Source of the DNA: Azolla caroliniana
Taxonomy: Eukaryota > Plantae > Polypodiophyta
Reading direction: 5' to 3'
Length of the DNA: 64,000 nucleotides
NCBI GenBank assembly: GCA_043228905.1
Contig: JBHGNT010000022.1
Location: forward strand, 4,464,001 to 4,528,000
Shown: positions 46,001 through 59,082 of the stretch, in pieces
How positions within the stretch are numbered: position 1 is the stretch's first letter
How the letters are laid out: each line of letters starts with the position of its first letter
The notes under the pieces: model-generated
Database searches by the model: none
The model's input: the letters and a program-made list of their open reading frames with translations, nothing else
Told to the model about the DNA's origin: nothing
Made by a program: the position numbers and the translations under genes

Positions 46001-48891
46001 TCGTCGAGCTGGGATGCTTTTACCCATTGGGAAACGGCCATTTCCCGTTCCAACGCTTCCTGTGCTTGCCGTAATTCCCGAATCGCATCTTTGTCTGGTT
46101 CGGCTTCGGTGTCGTCCCGCTGCGGCAAGTATGGGGCTACGGCTTCAGCTACGTCAATCTCGAAGAGTGGTACGATCTTTGGGTGTTCCTCCAAGTACTG
46201 GGCTTCTTCGTCGTCTGCCAATCCTTCAAGCATGTTCACACATTCCGCATACAGCGGTGTGCATTCCTTACCGTTGCTCGTCCGTGGTTGTGTCGGTACC
46301 CGGACCTTGGCTTTTCCGCGCCGGAAGGTAATCATATTTTTTCGCCAATTTTGCTTGATGTGTGCTGTTTTCAACCATGGTCTGCCCAGCAGCAGTGGGT
46401 ACGCGCCTTGCGCCTGTAGCTGCAGTACTACAGCCGAGATATGAAATGTGTGACCTCCTATGGTGACTTCCAATTTCCGTATTAAGCCCGTCGGCCGTAC
46501 CGAACTCGTATCCGCCATCCGTAGCCAGAACGGGCATGGCTCCCATTCATGTATTCCCAAGGCATCACACGTACGGAGGCTTATTACGTTCACCCCGGAA
46601 CCTCCATCGATTACGGTGCCGGGAAGTTCGTGCCCTTTGACAATAGCTGTAATCGCCGGACTACTAGTGTTCACCACCGTCGGTCCCTCCTCCGAATTCG
46701 AGAAGAGGACTGGTGCCGGTGGGGCTATACCGTCTGTCATGACCGTTTTTAGTCCTTCTGTGAATCGCGGTACGAGCTGCAAGAGTCTTCCTAACGGCAA
46801 CGTGATCTGACATTCTTGCAGTGCTTGCCATGTCTCGTTTTCTGGGTGGCTACCGCCGGCACTCCCTATGGTATTCGCCTTTTGCCGTTCCGCGTCCGCG
46901 ACGTTCCTTTCATTGGCTTCCTTCACCCATTCTGTTGCCTGTTTTCGTATGGCCTCTTGTGTTTCCCACTCTTTGGCCATGCCTTTCGACCGTGTGGTTA
47001 CTTGCTGTACATCCGTCACTTCCGGAACCACCATATTAACTGTTGGTCGTTTCTCGTAGCTCTTTACCGGGCACTGGTTACTGTAGTGGCCTTCCTGCCT
47101 GCAGTAGTAGCAGTACTCTTTACGGGTATTGCTGGATTCAGCATTGCTGGTAGCCGGAGTTGGTCCCGTAGCGAGTGGTGCGTTCTGTGCCGGTTGGCTC
47201 CTTGGGGTTCCATGTTCCGGGTCCCTAGGGTGACCACCTTTCTTGAAATTACGTTTCTTATTATTCTTATGTTTATTTCGGTAGTCCGGTCGTGGTGGAT
47301 CGTAAAATCGGCCGTAGTCCTCCTGGTGCCTTCGGTAACCAGGGGAATGGTCTCTGTCGTATTGCTCGTGTCGCCTGTTGGGCTCTCGATAACGGTCCGA
47401 TCGCTCATACCGGTCGTAGTTATCACGCCGATTCCCGTACCGGCCATCATTCTCTTGCCTGTCTCCGTACCGGACATCCTGTGCCGGTCGGTACCGGTTC
47501 ATTTTTTGCCAACGATCTTCATCTTCGTCTTGGCTGCTTCTTGGCTCGATCCGTCGGACGGGTGGTGCTTGTCGGTTTAACAGGTTATACTCGCACCGGT
47601 CCGTTGTATGACTCTTGGATTGACAAATCACACACTGAGTGCGCATGGTGCACTCTACTGCCGAGTGTCCGGCATTCAAGCAGATTGTGCATTGAATTGC
47701 CTGCCGGAACCGGAGATCTTCCTCGGTGGGTAACGCCCGTTGCAGTGTTCCCAGCGTAAGCCATGAGCTTGTCTTTTCCATTTCTCTGACCCGGTCAATG
47801 ACCTGATCGATGGTGCATCCTCGAAAGTCGATCACCGTACACACCGTGCGTAACGGTTCCCGGAGTGCGTTTAAAAATATCGTCCGTAATTCCTCCTCCG
47901 GGGGTGCACGGGCGAGCTGGCTATGCATTCGTTGGAAACGGATGACGAATTGGGGAATGCTTTCCCCTGCCTCCTGTCGGATCGTATAAAACAGGCCCAC
48001 CATTGTCGTCTGGTCGACCTCCTTGTGGAAAAAATGCAAGAATTTTGCTTTTAATTCTGCAAATGTTGTGATGGTCGCCGGGTCCTGCGACCGCCGCCAT
48101 CGTGTCGCTGGTCCCTCCAACGTGACTCCGAATTCCGCTATCTTCGAGCGTTCTTCTTCCTCCGGTGTCATTCGCTGGGACGTGTGATTTGCTTCCCATG
48201 TCTGCTCGAAGTCATCAACATGCGCTTCCGCGTCCGGATCATCGCGATACTTTGAGTATTGGAACGGCATGTCGTCGTCCAGTATTAGGCCGCGGTTTAG
48301 TGGCGTTTGTTGATATTTTTCCGGTTCTTTCTCCGGTTCCACTTCCGGTTGTTTTGCCGGTCCTTTTTCCGGTTCTTTTTCCAGCTCTTCTTCCGGTACC
48401 TTTGCCGGCTCTTTCGTTGGTGTTGGTGGCTTTGCTTCTTCCACTTCCGGTGTTGGTGGGTTGACGGCTTCCGTTTGCGGTTCCGGATAGCCCTGGTTGA
48501 GCGGTTCCGGTTCTGGAGTCGGCACGGTATCCGACCCGTCGTCTTCCGGGCCGCCGGGGGTATCGTTGCTGCTCCGGTAGTTCGTGTGCACGTTGTATCC
48601 CCCTTCGGAATCCGATTCGTAGGCTGAAAAGGCTTCTGCCTCGTTTTCTCCGCTTGCCAGTGCCTCCAGGAGTCGTTCGGTTTCCCGGAGACTACTTAGG
48701 CTGCTTCCGTCGTCCTGGTCGCGAGTTTGCCGTAACCGGAGAGATTCCTCCGCGACTCTCCGGATCTCGTTGGAGAACGAACGATCCGAGCGAATTTCCT
48801 GCGCTGCTTGCTGGAAAGTCTCACGCCGTCTTTGCCGTTCGGCGAGGCGTCGAGCTCGGTCTGTAACCAAGTCGTGCGTTGGTCTAGTCAT
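43024..48891 (-). CDS. Gag-Pol polyprotein (1955 aa): gag, three CCHC knuckles, protease, RT, RNase H, integrase
   Basis: CTICLNAGHSAVEC, CVICQSKSHTTDRC, CYYCRQEGHYSNQC; VIDGGSG; FLDD; FVDASD...EREAL...VDH...AD; HHCC; GLDF/SDQG/AES; GPY. Confidence 0.98.
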   Translation of the reverse strand: MTRPTHDLVTDRARRLAERQRRRETFQQAAQEIRSDRSFSNEIRRVAEESLRLRQTRDQDDGSSLSSLRETERLLEALASGENEAEAFSAYESDSEGGYNVHTNYRSSNDTPGGPEDDGSDTVPTPEPEPLNQGYPEPQTEAVNPPTPEVEEAKPPTPTKEPAKVPEEELEKEPEKGPAKQPEVEPEKEPEKYQQTPLNRGLILDDDMPFQYSKYRDDPDAEAHVDDFEQTWEANHTSQRMTPEEEERSKIAEFGVTLEGPATRWRRSQDPATITTFAELKAKFLHFFHKEVDQTTMVGLFYTIRQEAGESIPQFVIRFQRMHSQLARAPPEEELRTIFLNALREPLRTVCTVIDFRGCTIDQVIDRVREMEKTSSWLTLGTLQRALPTEEDLRFRQAIQCTICLNAGHSAVECTMRTQCVICQSKSHTTDRCEYNLLNRQAPPVRRIEPRSSQDEDEDRWQKMNRYRPAQDVRYGDRQENDGRYGNRRDNYDRYERSDRYREPNRRHEQYDRDHSPGYRRHQEDYGRFYDPPRPDYRNKHKNNKKRNFKKGGHPRDPEHGTPRSQPAQNAPLATGPTPATSNAESSNTRKEYCYYCRQEGHYSNQCPVKSYEKRPTVNMVVPEVTDVQQVTTRSKGMAKEWETQEAIRKQATEWVKEANERNVADAERQKANTIGSAGGSHPENETWQALQECQITLPLGRLLQLVPRFTEGLKTVMTDGIAPPAPVLFSNSEEGPTVVNTSSPAITAIVKGHELPGTVIDGGSGVNVISLRTCDALGIHEWEPCPFWLRMADTSSVRPTGLIRKLEVTIGGHTFHISAVVLQLQAQGAYPLLLGRPWLKTAHIKQNWRKNMITFRRGKAKVRVPTQPRTSNGKECTPLYAECVNMLEGLADDEEAQYLEEHPKIVPLFEIDVAEAVAPYLPQRDDTEAEPDKDAIRELRQAQEALEREMAVSQWVKASQLDEVNLGSKDESKPVHIAKEMKPEDKAAMIKLLTEFRDVFAWSYEDMRGLDPQLYQHQIHLGRDAKPVAQRRYRMNPNYAAKVKEEIDKLLRVGFIRPVKKATWLSPIVVVPKKNGKIRVCVDYRKLNAATITDAFPLPFTDGVLDAVAGHEVYSFLDGFSGYKQIRMHPDDQEKTAFVTEWGGVFVAEVMMFGLKTAPATFQRIIMEIFGEYIPAFMQVFLDDFAVYSRGKDHLQHLRLCLEKCRLYRLSLNPAKCIFGVSSGILLGHIVSKEGIAVDPDKVNAILGAPAPKTAKALSRFLGQIRWHSRMLRHLADLATPLHTAVHRTPFQWTDTEDKAYNALKVLLSQAPVVQPPDWSKEFHVFVDASDIAIGSALMQLTEPKWYRPVYYANRKLSQAEKNYSTTEREALGMIYSVTKFRHYLLGRKFSCHVDHSALLYLVSKASLTGKLARWTLLLQEFEFEIFHRPGIHHAVADYLSRLESGEAGDGVADEFPDAELFRITPETAADDTVVSEDRWLTNMHQFLSTGLPPEEMNRDERKRLAVQSRNFCLLRDTLYHKGADGIWRRAVRSDEQEVILREAHCGVAGGHYAGEATARKVWQSGLWWPTTLKDAVKYAKECDLCQRMGQPTEQARMPHQPVLPLEPFQKWGLDFVGPFKPPAMRTGNRYVIVATDYCTKWVEAKALRDNTASSTAKFLYENIWCRYGCPIELISDQGGHFLGQVVESLTTFYAVVHKRSTPYYPQANGLAESTNKTLQNILRKIVNENRTDWDTKLHSALWAYRTAYKTSIRTTPFRLAFGLEAVMPVEFQVPSLRIQLRERLNEKKSEEMRLAALCELEEQRLASILHMELEQRRRKAFVDRHRKGNEKMFEIGKPVLVFQTRMGKMPGKLRFKWTGPYWLTREYNGSYQIGTLAGEVLGKWVNGFRLKPYKGPMPKNPFMQLTGTRPGNCPGSVRINPEEKDDGEPVAETKEDTATRKENGKGSKGPTDV

Positions 48892-51800
48892 CCATTACCG
48901 TCGTTCGCTGCGAGAAAGCAGGAATCGTGGTCGCCAAAACTGTGTTATTCTCTAGCCGGACAAGGCCTAACACAAGGTGTCACGGAGACACTTCACCAAA
49001 GGGTGATTACGGCATAGGATTAAGATTCAACGATTACACCGACTTACATAGGTTACACGATTAGAATGCTTCGGTTAATTACACGCGTAAGATATAACAG
49101 TAATTACAGAACGGAAATCAAGACAGAAGTATAAACAACATAAGCTCTATTAATTATCCGTTGTCATTACAATGGGGTCCGGGCCTTTAAATAGGTTTCC
49201 GGCCCGTAGTACAAAACGGTGCCTCTCGCACCTATTCGGGATCCGTCCGGATCTGGAACGGCATACCGTTTCCAGTCCGTCCGTCCACACTATGCTCATT
49301 TACAACCATATCTAATTAATTCCTTCACTCCGTATTTTGGACTCCTTGCCGGCCGGTAACATTAATCACTGGAACAATACCCCACAATTCGTGCTTAACC
49401 TGGGCATATCCTCACTGCTACTCGCTAAGTACCTTTGCGCCGAATAGGATGGCGAACCGCGTTCCGACTTCTTCCTCTTGGTTGACCACCCACCTGATTC
49501 AAGTCAGGCTCATGTTGACCGTCACATACATCGAAGTGTCCATCTTGTACATTGCTTTTCTGAAGAGCTAGTGCCGCCGTAAGCATCCCCTTTAGTCTTC
49601 GAATAGCCTCTTAGTGCTATTCACCCTATTCGAATTTCCGCCCCTTCTTTAGCAAGCCATAGAGTGGCTAACAATATGCACATAATGGGGAATCCAAATG
49701 TGATGGAAAGCGTGCATGGCCCCAAGAACTATCGGACTTCTATGGCCGACATGCACTCTTCCTTCATCGCCGAGATAGTATCTACCTTGGCCCGAGATGA
49801 TTTTTGACTGTAAGGTCCACACAGGTGTCCCACCACCAGGACCTCCAATTGTGTGAATGCTGACTTCTCCCCGGAGAAGGTAAGACAAGCACCCTCAACC
49901 CTCTACAGTATCTTCAATCAAAGATGTCGTCCACAACGAATTTTCGACATCTGTCCGTCCCAAACGATTCATCCTTCGGACATCCCTCTATTGGGATGTC
50001 ATTTCAGAACGGCATGGTGATGTCCGGGATGCAATCAATCAGGACCTTGTTCTTTGCATTCCCCATATGTGCCACTGAATTCGTACCTCCCTAAGGTAGG
50101 GTACACATCCGAACTAAGCCGAGAGGGGTCATGATGTCCCTAATTTCGACAGTTAGTTGGGATTGGTCATAGTCAGAGTATAAGTCGTTGATTGAGTAGA
50201 TAGACCTTCCAGCGAAGGCCTCCACGAACTCATCGATTGTCGGCCCAACCCCTACATTTTGAATGGTCATTTTGTTGACTAGCTGTAGGTCCTGAATGAT
50301 GCGCAATGTGTCATTCTTCTTTGGTACGGTGAACGACTGATTCAAGTATGAGGCACTCGACGGCTCGAGGATCCCCATCTCAACCTTCTCCTTGAGCCGC
50401 TCCATCAACTTCAGGATGTGAACTCTTGGCACTGGAATCGGTTTCAGATTCCACGTGGCATCTGGTATCGTGAAGATCACCATCGGTTCCATGATTGTGA
50501 GATCAACGCACCTGATTTCCTCCAACTAGAATGCAAAGGCTTTCTCGTGCCTTCCGAGCATTCTCCGAAATCGGTCCTCCTCGGCGGGTAGTAGGAAGCC
50601 ACCCCCACTGATCTTCAACTTCCGTAGTATTTTGTCGGTGAACCGGTGCCCAATGCCGGCCAGATCTCGTAGACTTGGGTCGGTCGTGACCCCTTCCTCC
50701 GGTAAGGGTGTCGGGATTGGCCTTAATTTCTTGTCCATAGTCTTGTACCTAGTGTTGACTTGGGCAGTCGGTCCCAACCCGACAATTCTTCGGAAGTCCT
50801 TGACCGGACAAGCTCAACCAACTATGGATCGGCTGAATAAGCCAGAGCTGGATCGGAGTCCGGAACGAAGAACTGGATCGATATCCGAAACCAAGAGCCG
50901 GATCGGATTGTAATCAGTAAGCCATTAGAGGCCTACAACCCTAGCCTAGAACATAAGCATATTTTTGGGAGTCTGTGTCTGATGCTCTATACACGCATTA
51001 AAGTACTTGTCAGTACTTTAGTCACTCCTTTAAGGACTTGTATAAATAGTGTTGTAAAGCACAGTTCTATGTACAGAGTCTTTGAGTAATTTGAACATGA
51101 GTGTTGTTCTGCTCTAACTCTAACTTTGTCTCTTCTGCGTACTGTGTTAAGCATCCATTAAACCTTCATCTCTGTGTTCTACTGTTATCCGGCTTAACCA
51201 TTTCCATCTACGCTTCTGCACTTTCACTTTTACATGGTATCAAAGCGTGAGGGTTGAGAACCTGTGCTGCCGACAAGCGATTTCCATAGACGAACCCTAA
51301 CACTAGGTAAAGAACAAGAAGGGAAGAATGGATAGAGGAATGGCTAGCTCGCTTCCGGCGGAGAAGCTCGACAAAACCAACTAGGAATCTTGGTCGTACA
51401 AGATGCACTAGTACCTACTCGGGCATGGTTACTGGAGTTATGTCAACGAAACAATACACCACCTAATGCGGCGCACAAGGACTTTACGGCATGGGAACAA
51501 ATGGAAAGAAGGGTGATTTATTGTTTTGCCTCTAGTGTCGGCGATCAGCTACTTAGCCATATCCGAGATGCCAAGAAGCCAAAGGAAGCTTGCCTCTAGT
51601 GTATTGGGGATATCCCTAGGAGCCATATCTGCCAGAATGGAATCATGAGGAACGTCCTGCAGGTTCCGACGATCACCAAGAATTTGGTGTCGGTCAGCCA
51701 GATTGTGGATCAAGGAATGAGGGTTCGATTTACTCACCACGGATTCTTCATTGAGGAGGAAGACCGGATAATCGCACAAGGGTGCCAGGATGGAAGAATG

Positions 51801-54427
51801 TTCATCCTTGAAACCAATAATGTAGGCATTGCTATGTTCACAAAAGGACAGAAGGTTGAGTCGGATATCGACTTGTGGCATAAGCGGATCGGTCACATCA
51901 AGTTCCAGAAGCTTCACGATGTGATGTTGATCTCGGCATACGAGGGCAAACGAAAAGAAAGATACGAATTTGGGAAGTAAGCACCAGGCTTCTTGTCAAA
52001 GAAAGAGGAGAAACAAAATAGCTTGTATTTTGTTTCTTTTCTAGCTGATTACAATCATATTTTGTTAGGAAACAGGTCCCTCCGGATGGGAAGTGAGAAG
52101 ACCCGGTGAGAACCGGATGAGGAGTACTCGGCAATGGAAGACCCGGTGAGAACCGGATGAGGAGTACCCGGCAACGGAAGACCCGGTGAGAACCGGATGA
52201 GGAGTACCCGAAAACGGAAGACCCGGTGAGAACCGGATGAGTAACCGGAAACGAAAGACCCGGTGAGAACCGGATTGTTACGGACATGACCATATAATAT
52301 CCCATGGTGAGAATTTACTGTAGTATTCTATACACGTGGATAAGTGTGAGGGTTAAACGAGAGTGTAAAGAAGGGGAGAATTACTTTTAATCCTTGGGAT
52401 TGAGACAACCTATTAGGTCAAGTGTGAACTTGCCTGGGGACCTTGGGTATCGCTATAAATAAGAGGCCTAGCTACCCTCATTTGATCATCTTTTGACTAC
52501 ATTGAGACTCTGCACTTGTGGTGGGTCAACTCTTGTGGTGAGCGCGCCACCACCAAGTACGACTCGACGCCACGGCGGTGGTATGGGACGCCACCACCAA
52601 GTCCATCTCGATCCCTTCGCTCGGGGGTGGTCGGGTGGATCGACACCCTTCTTTCTCTTTCTCCTTTCTATCCATCATTAGTTTATCCTTATCTTAAGCT
52701 TACTTTAGTACCTAGATCTCTAATATTTGGTATCAGAGCTATGTACTAATGTTTCTTTGTTTGTCTTTTGTCTTTTGATTGATGGTGATCGATCGATGTG
52801 CGGTCGGTCTTGATCCAGACAACGATCAACAAAGAACTTCGGTAACTCTTTCCGTAATTTTATTTTTTTTCTATTCTCTCTTCTCCCATCTAATCGTGTG
52901 TTTAGTTTATATGTCATTTTTTTTCATTAAGTCAATGATGTTGTAGTGGTCTTTAATTGATTATCTAAAACGTTTACATATGTGCATGAGGTCAATACCT
53001 CGTTTGACATATAAATAATATGTGATGAGTGCCGTATGCATATGAGGTTAATACCTCAATTACGTATTACGTTCACGAACATATGTTACGTTTGCGTATG
53101 AGTTTAATACCTTGATTTGTTGTAAAGGATATGCGTTTGGTCTCGTATGCGTAAGAGGTCAATACCTCAATTTCGTATTACGATGATCTCTTATTTGTGG
53201 ATGTTTCGTGTGCGTAGAGGTATATACCTCGATTACGTATGTCGATCATATCATTTGTGGCTATTTAATATAACGATATGTTTAATATAGGTATATGTGG
53301 TCACGTATATACGTATTTGATCGTATATACGTGATAAGTAAACATATGTGTATATTCGTTATTACGTGATTATATCGAAAGTTGTCCTTGTCGGGAAAAG
53401 GATGTTGGTGGCCGTCCTCACATTTTTGTGAGAATGGCATTGTCACCGTCCCTTTTTCAACAAGTTTTGATTGTTGACAACCCCATTGATGACCTCGATT
53501 TTGTTATGTAAAGAAACAACTATAGCCAAAATGATGTTGAGTACGTAGGGCTTGACCCACCCACTTCAAGTGAGGTCGCTCCAATGACACACGTATCCAA
53601 CATCCCTCCCTCGTTACATGGATACGATGCCACCATGAGCTCATTCTTACGAGAGGCATTCGTAATGACGTGACCACGTGATGGGCCATGTGGGCCTACT
53701 ACGAAACGAGGGCTCAATTGGCTTGACCATTAGGTTTCACTTTCGCGTATGCCATCGTAATTACGTGACTTGAGGTTAGGTAACGTACCAACATAGTTTT
53801 GGTAAATGAGGGCGAAATAAGAACCCTTGACATACATGTTCTTTTAAAAAAAACATATATGATCAAATGCCTCGCATATCTCTTATACGCATCAAACATT
53901 AAGCATTCGAGAAGAGCAACTCACTTGGTTGGCTCAAGTGTTTAATGTATTTGTTCTCGAGATCTCGAGTTCAAATATGACCAAGACCATACAACATCCT
54001 TGATACATATGACTATAACACATGTTTAGACTTAAGGTCTAAGTGCACCTCAGGGTCCTCATAATAGGACTTAAAAGAGCCGAAACCACATATGTGGGCA
54101 AAGAAACATAGTTTATTGTTAACATTTTTTTTTTCGTGTATAAACTACTTCTGACACAAACATACATGGTTGAGCCTCGGGGAGTCGCCATGAAAAAATC
54201 GATATAGAGATCAGGGAAAGACATTAAATTGTCACCCCCATGGTTTTTAAAACACCTTTGTGTTACCATAGTAACCTGATCTTGAACCTCATCTCATACG
54301 TCTAGAGGGGTATTGGCGTGAGATCATGATATCAATTAATGTTTGCCCATGATATGTTTACATCACGACATGATGTTATGACTATCTCTTTGACCTTATC
54401 CTATTTCTTTTCCAAAAATAATCTTTA

Positions 54428-57400
54428 ATGGCTCAAATTAACGACCCGATCTCATCCACTCAAGCGGAAGGAACTCAAGGGAATCCTCCTGGACAAATGT
54501 CCACTGAGATGTATTTGGCACAAATAACCCAATACCTTAGTTTCACCGCTCAACAGATGACCGAACTTCGGCAATCTCAGAGTGCTCTTGAGGCACGTGT
54601 CATTAGTCTACAACGTGAGCCTAATAGACCTGATGAGCGACAAGGTGAACAATCATTTGTCGTTAAGCCATTTATGGGAGACAAAAAGGAAAGAACCGAA
54701 GAAGCAATCTGCACATGGTTGGGACGATGGGAGTCTCATTTTGAGCTCTATCCCACGCCAGATAGTACGAAGATTGCATATGTCGGCCGAGAACTTGGGG
54801 GTAAGGCCGTTGCCTGGTGGCGTGGACTCCGTACTATGCGGAAATTGCCCGATACTTGGACAGATTTTGTCACGGTTTTTAAGGGCCAATTTCTGCAACC
54901 TCCCTCTCGAACCGAGGCAGCACAAGCTTTAATGAACCTCTCTGGCAGGAAATTTTCCTCGCTAGAAGACTATGTTCACCATGCTAGAACCCAAATCCAA
55001 AAATCAGGTCTAGAAGGGGACAATTGGTTGATAGCTTGTTTTGTCAATGGCATCCCCAATTCGGACTATCACTGGATAGTGCACAATAAGGATCCAAAAT
55101 CCTTTGAAGAGGCCGTTGAAATAGTTCTTCGCTATCAACGCACTTCGAAGAAGGACCACAACAAACCCAACGAAGCGCCCGGGACTAAGCAGTCGCAATT
55201 CGTTGGGAAACACAAGACACCCAACGAATTCATGGATCGCGATTATAAGCGACAACATCCTTTTTGCGTATTCTGCAAAAAGAAGGGTCATACAAAAGAT
55301 CAATGTCGAAAGCTCCAACAGAAAGAGCACGACAACAAAGCTAAAGCTGCAGACCATAAAGGTCAGATTCCTAATGTCCGTCAGGTCTATACACATCATT
55401 TAAGTAATTGTCAATGTTCTTTCCCTCACTATGTATTGGGTCCCAATAATTTACTACGTGCAAACGGGTATATCAATGGATCTCCCGTACAATTTTTATT
55501 TGATTCGGGAAGCTCACAGAATTTTGTGAATGATCGTTTGGTTCAGATATGGGGAATCCAACCCACCATAAGTGATCACACCTACAGGGTGCACTTGGCT
55601 AATGGAAGAGTACAATACATCAACAGGGCGATTCATTCATTAGGAATTTCTATTGATACTTATATAGAGGAAGTAGACTTCCATGTAATGAATCTTTGTA
55701 CCACCGATGTAATACTGGGTTATCCCTGGTTTTATAATAAAAACTCTTCTTTATCTATTGATTGGGTTCATCATTCAATTACATTTGTACTGAACGATTG
55801 TACTCATTTTATTCAATGTGTAAAAAAACAATCCCTCTCGATTGTTTCCTCGTGTCCATCAATATCCGAGTTGTCTTGTTCTACTCTATTTTATTGTGTA
55901 CTTGATCCAGACATTCACGTTTATAATATCGATAATGTCTCAGTTCAATTAACATATTTTGAACAACAACAACTTGATCAAATCTTAAATGATTTTCATG
56001 ATGTTTTTCCAAGTGAACTACCTGATGGGTTACCTCCTAAACGTAATATAGACCATCGTATAGATATTGTACCTGGTGTTGCACCAATAAGTATACCTCC
56101 ATATCACTTAAGTCGATCCGAAGAAGATGAGGTATCTAAGCAACTCAAGGACTATTTACGAATGGGTTATATATGTTATAGTAAATCTCCATGGGGTGCA
56201 CCAGTTCTCTTGGTAAAAAAGAAAGAGGGCACATGGCGTATGTGTATTAATTACCGACGCTTGAATAAAGTGACGATCAAGAATTCGTACCCATTGCCCT
56301 GGGCTGACGATCTAATTGACCGTCTCCAGGGAGCTCGGTATTTTACGAAACTTGATCTCCGTACTGGCTACCATCAAATTCGTATAAGTGAGGACGATGT
56401 TCCTAAAACGGCATTTCGTACGTGCTATGGCCATTATGAGTTTTTGGTTATGCCTTTTGGTTTGACCAATGCTCCGGCTACTTTTCAACAAGAAATGAAT
56501 GACATTTTCCGAGAACAACTTGGAAAATTTGTCGTTATTTTCTTGGATGATATTTTAGTTTATAGTCGTACATTACAAGAACATGTTAAACATGTCCGCT
56601 TTGTTTTACAAACATTGCATGACAAACAGTTTTATGCGAAGATCTCAAAATGTGAGTTCTTCAGGAAATCAATTACTTATCTTGGACATCTCATAACCGA
56701 ACGAGGAGTTGAAATTGATCCTTCTCGCATTGAGAAAATCAAGCTTTGGCTCACTCTTCGGAATATTCGAGAAGTTCGATCATTCCTTGGTTTTGTCGGG
56801 TTTTTGCGAAAGTCTCTTCATAATTACTCCCAATTGACGACGCTGTTTAATGATCTTTTAAAAGGTCAAACACGTAAGTCTACAAAACCTATTGTGTGGA
56901 ATGCTACACTAGACCTCGCCTTTAAGGAACTCAAGGACCTGGTTTGCAAGGCTCCTTCACTTCTTTTACCTGATCCTTCAAAACCTTTTGAGGTTGAAAC
57001 CAATGCAAGCGATTATGCTATAGGTGTTGTCTTATATCAAGATGGTAAACCAATAGCATTCGAGAGTAAGAAACTTGATTCTTCTCAATGTCGGTATACC
57101 GTTCAAGAAAAGGAATTATTTGCAGTTATACATGCGCTCAAAACATGGTTGGCGCCATTATCTTTATGGAAATCGCTTTGTGGTAACTACGGATCACGAG
57201 TCCTTGAAATATTTTTGTGACCAACAAGACCTGAAAGGTCGTAAGGCACGATGGGCTGATCTCATCCAGGACTTTGATTTTTCCATAGGATATCGTAAAG
57301 CTTCCATGAACACTGTCGCTGATGCACTAAGTTGCATCTGTGAAGTTAACATGCTTAGCTTTACTGAAATAACATCAAATCTTTATGATCACCTTCGAGG

Positions 57401-58844
57401 AAAGTATCCTGATGACAGTTATTTTGCAAAATACTGGGCAAGAGTTGAGTCTGGAACAAACACCACCACATCCTCGAAGGAATACTTCCACATTGCTAAC
57501 AGTTTGCTCTACCGTAATGGGAAGGTTTGTGTTCCAGATTTACCTGAGGTCAAAAAGAGGATTCTTTTTGAATGCCATGATGCACCCTCAGCAGGGCACC
57601 CTGGAATACATCGTACACTCGTTCTCATCTCCACTCAATTTTATTGGCCTAAGATGCGTCCTGACATACATAGCTATGTGACTAAATGTCACCAGTGTCA
57701 GGTTAACAACGCCGAGCGACTAAAAGACGTAGGACTTTTACATCCCTTGGACATTCCCAATAATAAGTGGGAAAGTATATCCATGGATTTTATTGTTAGC
57801 CTTCATCGCACCCAAAAAGGTCATGATGCCATGTGGGTTGTCGTTGATCGACTAACTAAAATGGCCAGATTTATTGCTACTAAAACCACGGTAACAGCTC
57901 CTGAATTGGCTTACCAATTTGTCAATTCGTTTTTATGGATTACCGATGGATATCGTGAGTGATCGAGATCCAAAGTTTACTAGTGACTTCTGGACGCAAG
58001 TCTTTAAGAAGTTAGAAAGTACATTGAGCATGAGCTCCACGGATCATCCTCAATCCGATGGACAGACAGAACGAGTAAATCAAATTATTGAGGACATGCT
58101 TCGAGCATATGTTGGTGCAGAACCAACAAAATGGGAACGTTATCTCCCAATTTTGGAGTTTGCTTATAACAGCTCCAAGCATACGTCGACAGGATATAGT
58201 CCTTTTATGTTGATGTATGGTTTTCAGCCACGAGCCCCGATTGATGTTAATATACATCATGATGAGTTGCGAAGTACGCAAAACTTTCTTTGGGATATCC
58301 AAGATATGTTGCACGAGATAATATAAAAACAGCTCAAGATAGAGCGCGTTTTTTTGCCGACCATCATAGGCAACCTCGTGTATTCAACCTTGGATAGAAG
58401 GTATTTTTACGTGTACCTCACAATTCTAAGACATTGTCTACGGGTAAGTGCACTAAGTTAGCCCCACGGTTTTGTAGACCTTTTACAGTCCTCAAACACA
58501 TTGGGTCATCAGCCTATCGTCTCGCTCTTCCTGATGGTGTCGGAATTCATCCAGTCTTTCATGTGAGTCGTCTAAAAGAACTTCTAAGTTCTGGCGACAA
58601 TAAAGTTACAACTGAAACTCTGGTTACTTCTGAAGAATTATCTTCTAAACCACATGTACCAAAAAGAATTCTCGATGTTAAAACAAAAAAATTACGTACT
58701 AAAGAAATCCGAGAATTTAAAATAAAATGGATAGATAAATCAATAAAAGATGCCACATGGGAACGCGAAAATACTCTTAGAACTAACTTCCTTAACTTTC
58801 CATTGCAAGAGTGCAATGTTTTAAAGAGGGGGGGGAGTATGTAA
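54428..58844 (+). pseudogene. Chromovirus gag-pol with C-terminal chromodomain, frameshifted
   Basis: [47 protein letters not shown]...IKW...DATWE. Confidence 0.93.
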
Positions 58845-59082
58845 CGGGCATGACCATATAATATCCCGTGGTGAGAATTTACCGTAGTATTCTATACACG
58901 TGGATAAGTGTGAGGGTTAAACGAGAGTGTAAAGAAGGGGAGGATTACTTTTAATCCTCGGGATTGAGACAACCCATTAGGTCAAGTGTGAACTTGCCTG
59001 GGGGCCTTGGGTATCGCTATAAATAAGAGGCAACTCTTGTAGCGAGCGCGCCAGCATCAGGTACGACTCGACGCCACGACGG

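Larger units (their letters stand above)
39480..49361 (-). mobile_element. Gypsy-2: intact, very young non-chromovirus Ty3/gypsy with a second ORF (5' LTR 48943-49361, 3' LTR 39480-39898)
   Basis: 419-bp LTRs with only 2 differences seen. TSD TTAAT. PBS TGGCGACCAC at 48927-48936. Both ORFs are open. Confidence 0.98.
3671..50770 (-). mobile_element. Outermost decayed Ty3/gypsy element F (TGTCG...CGACA LTR family), split by nested insertions; 5' end missing
   Basis: RT remnants at 50777-49400 (EAFAGRSIYSINDLY, PLGLVRMCTLP). RNase H and integrase remnants at 39479-37925. Integrase tail and G/T tract at 19786-19570. 3' LTR at 19569-19379 plus 4265-3671. The pieces join across TSDs TTAAT, CCGC/CTGC and ATATC. 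Confidence 0.75.

Noticed and set aside
40326-48627. Numerous antisense ORFs over Gypsy-2 (and similar ones over other elements)
   Set aside because: Shadow frames of real coding sequence with no motifs of their own.
53926-53985. Weak A/B-box-like sequence in the chromovirus leader
   Set aside because: Single degenerate copy with no clear cloverleaf.
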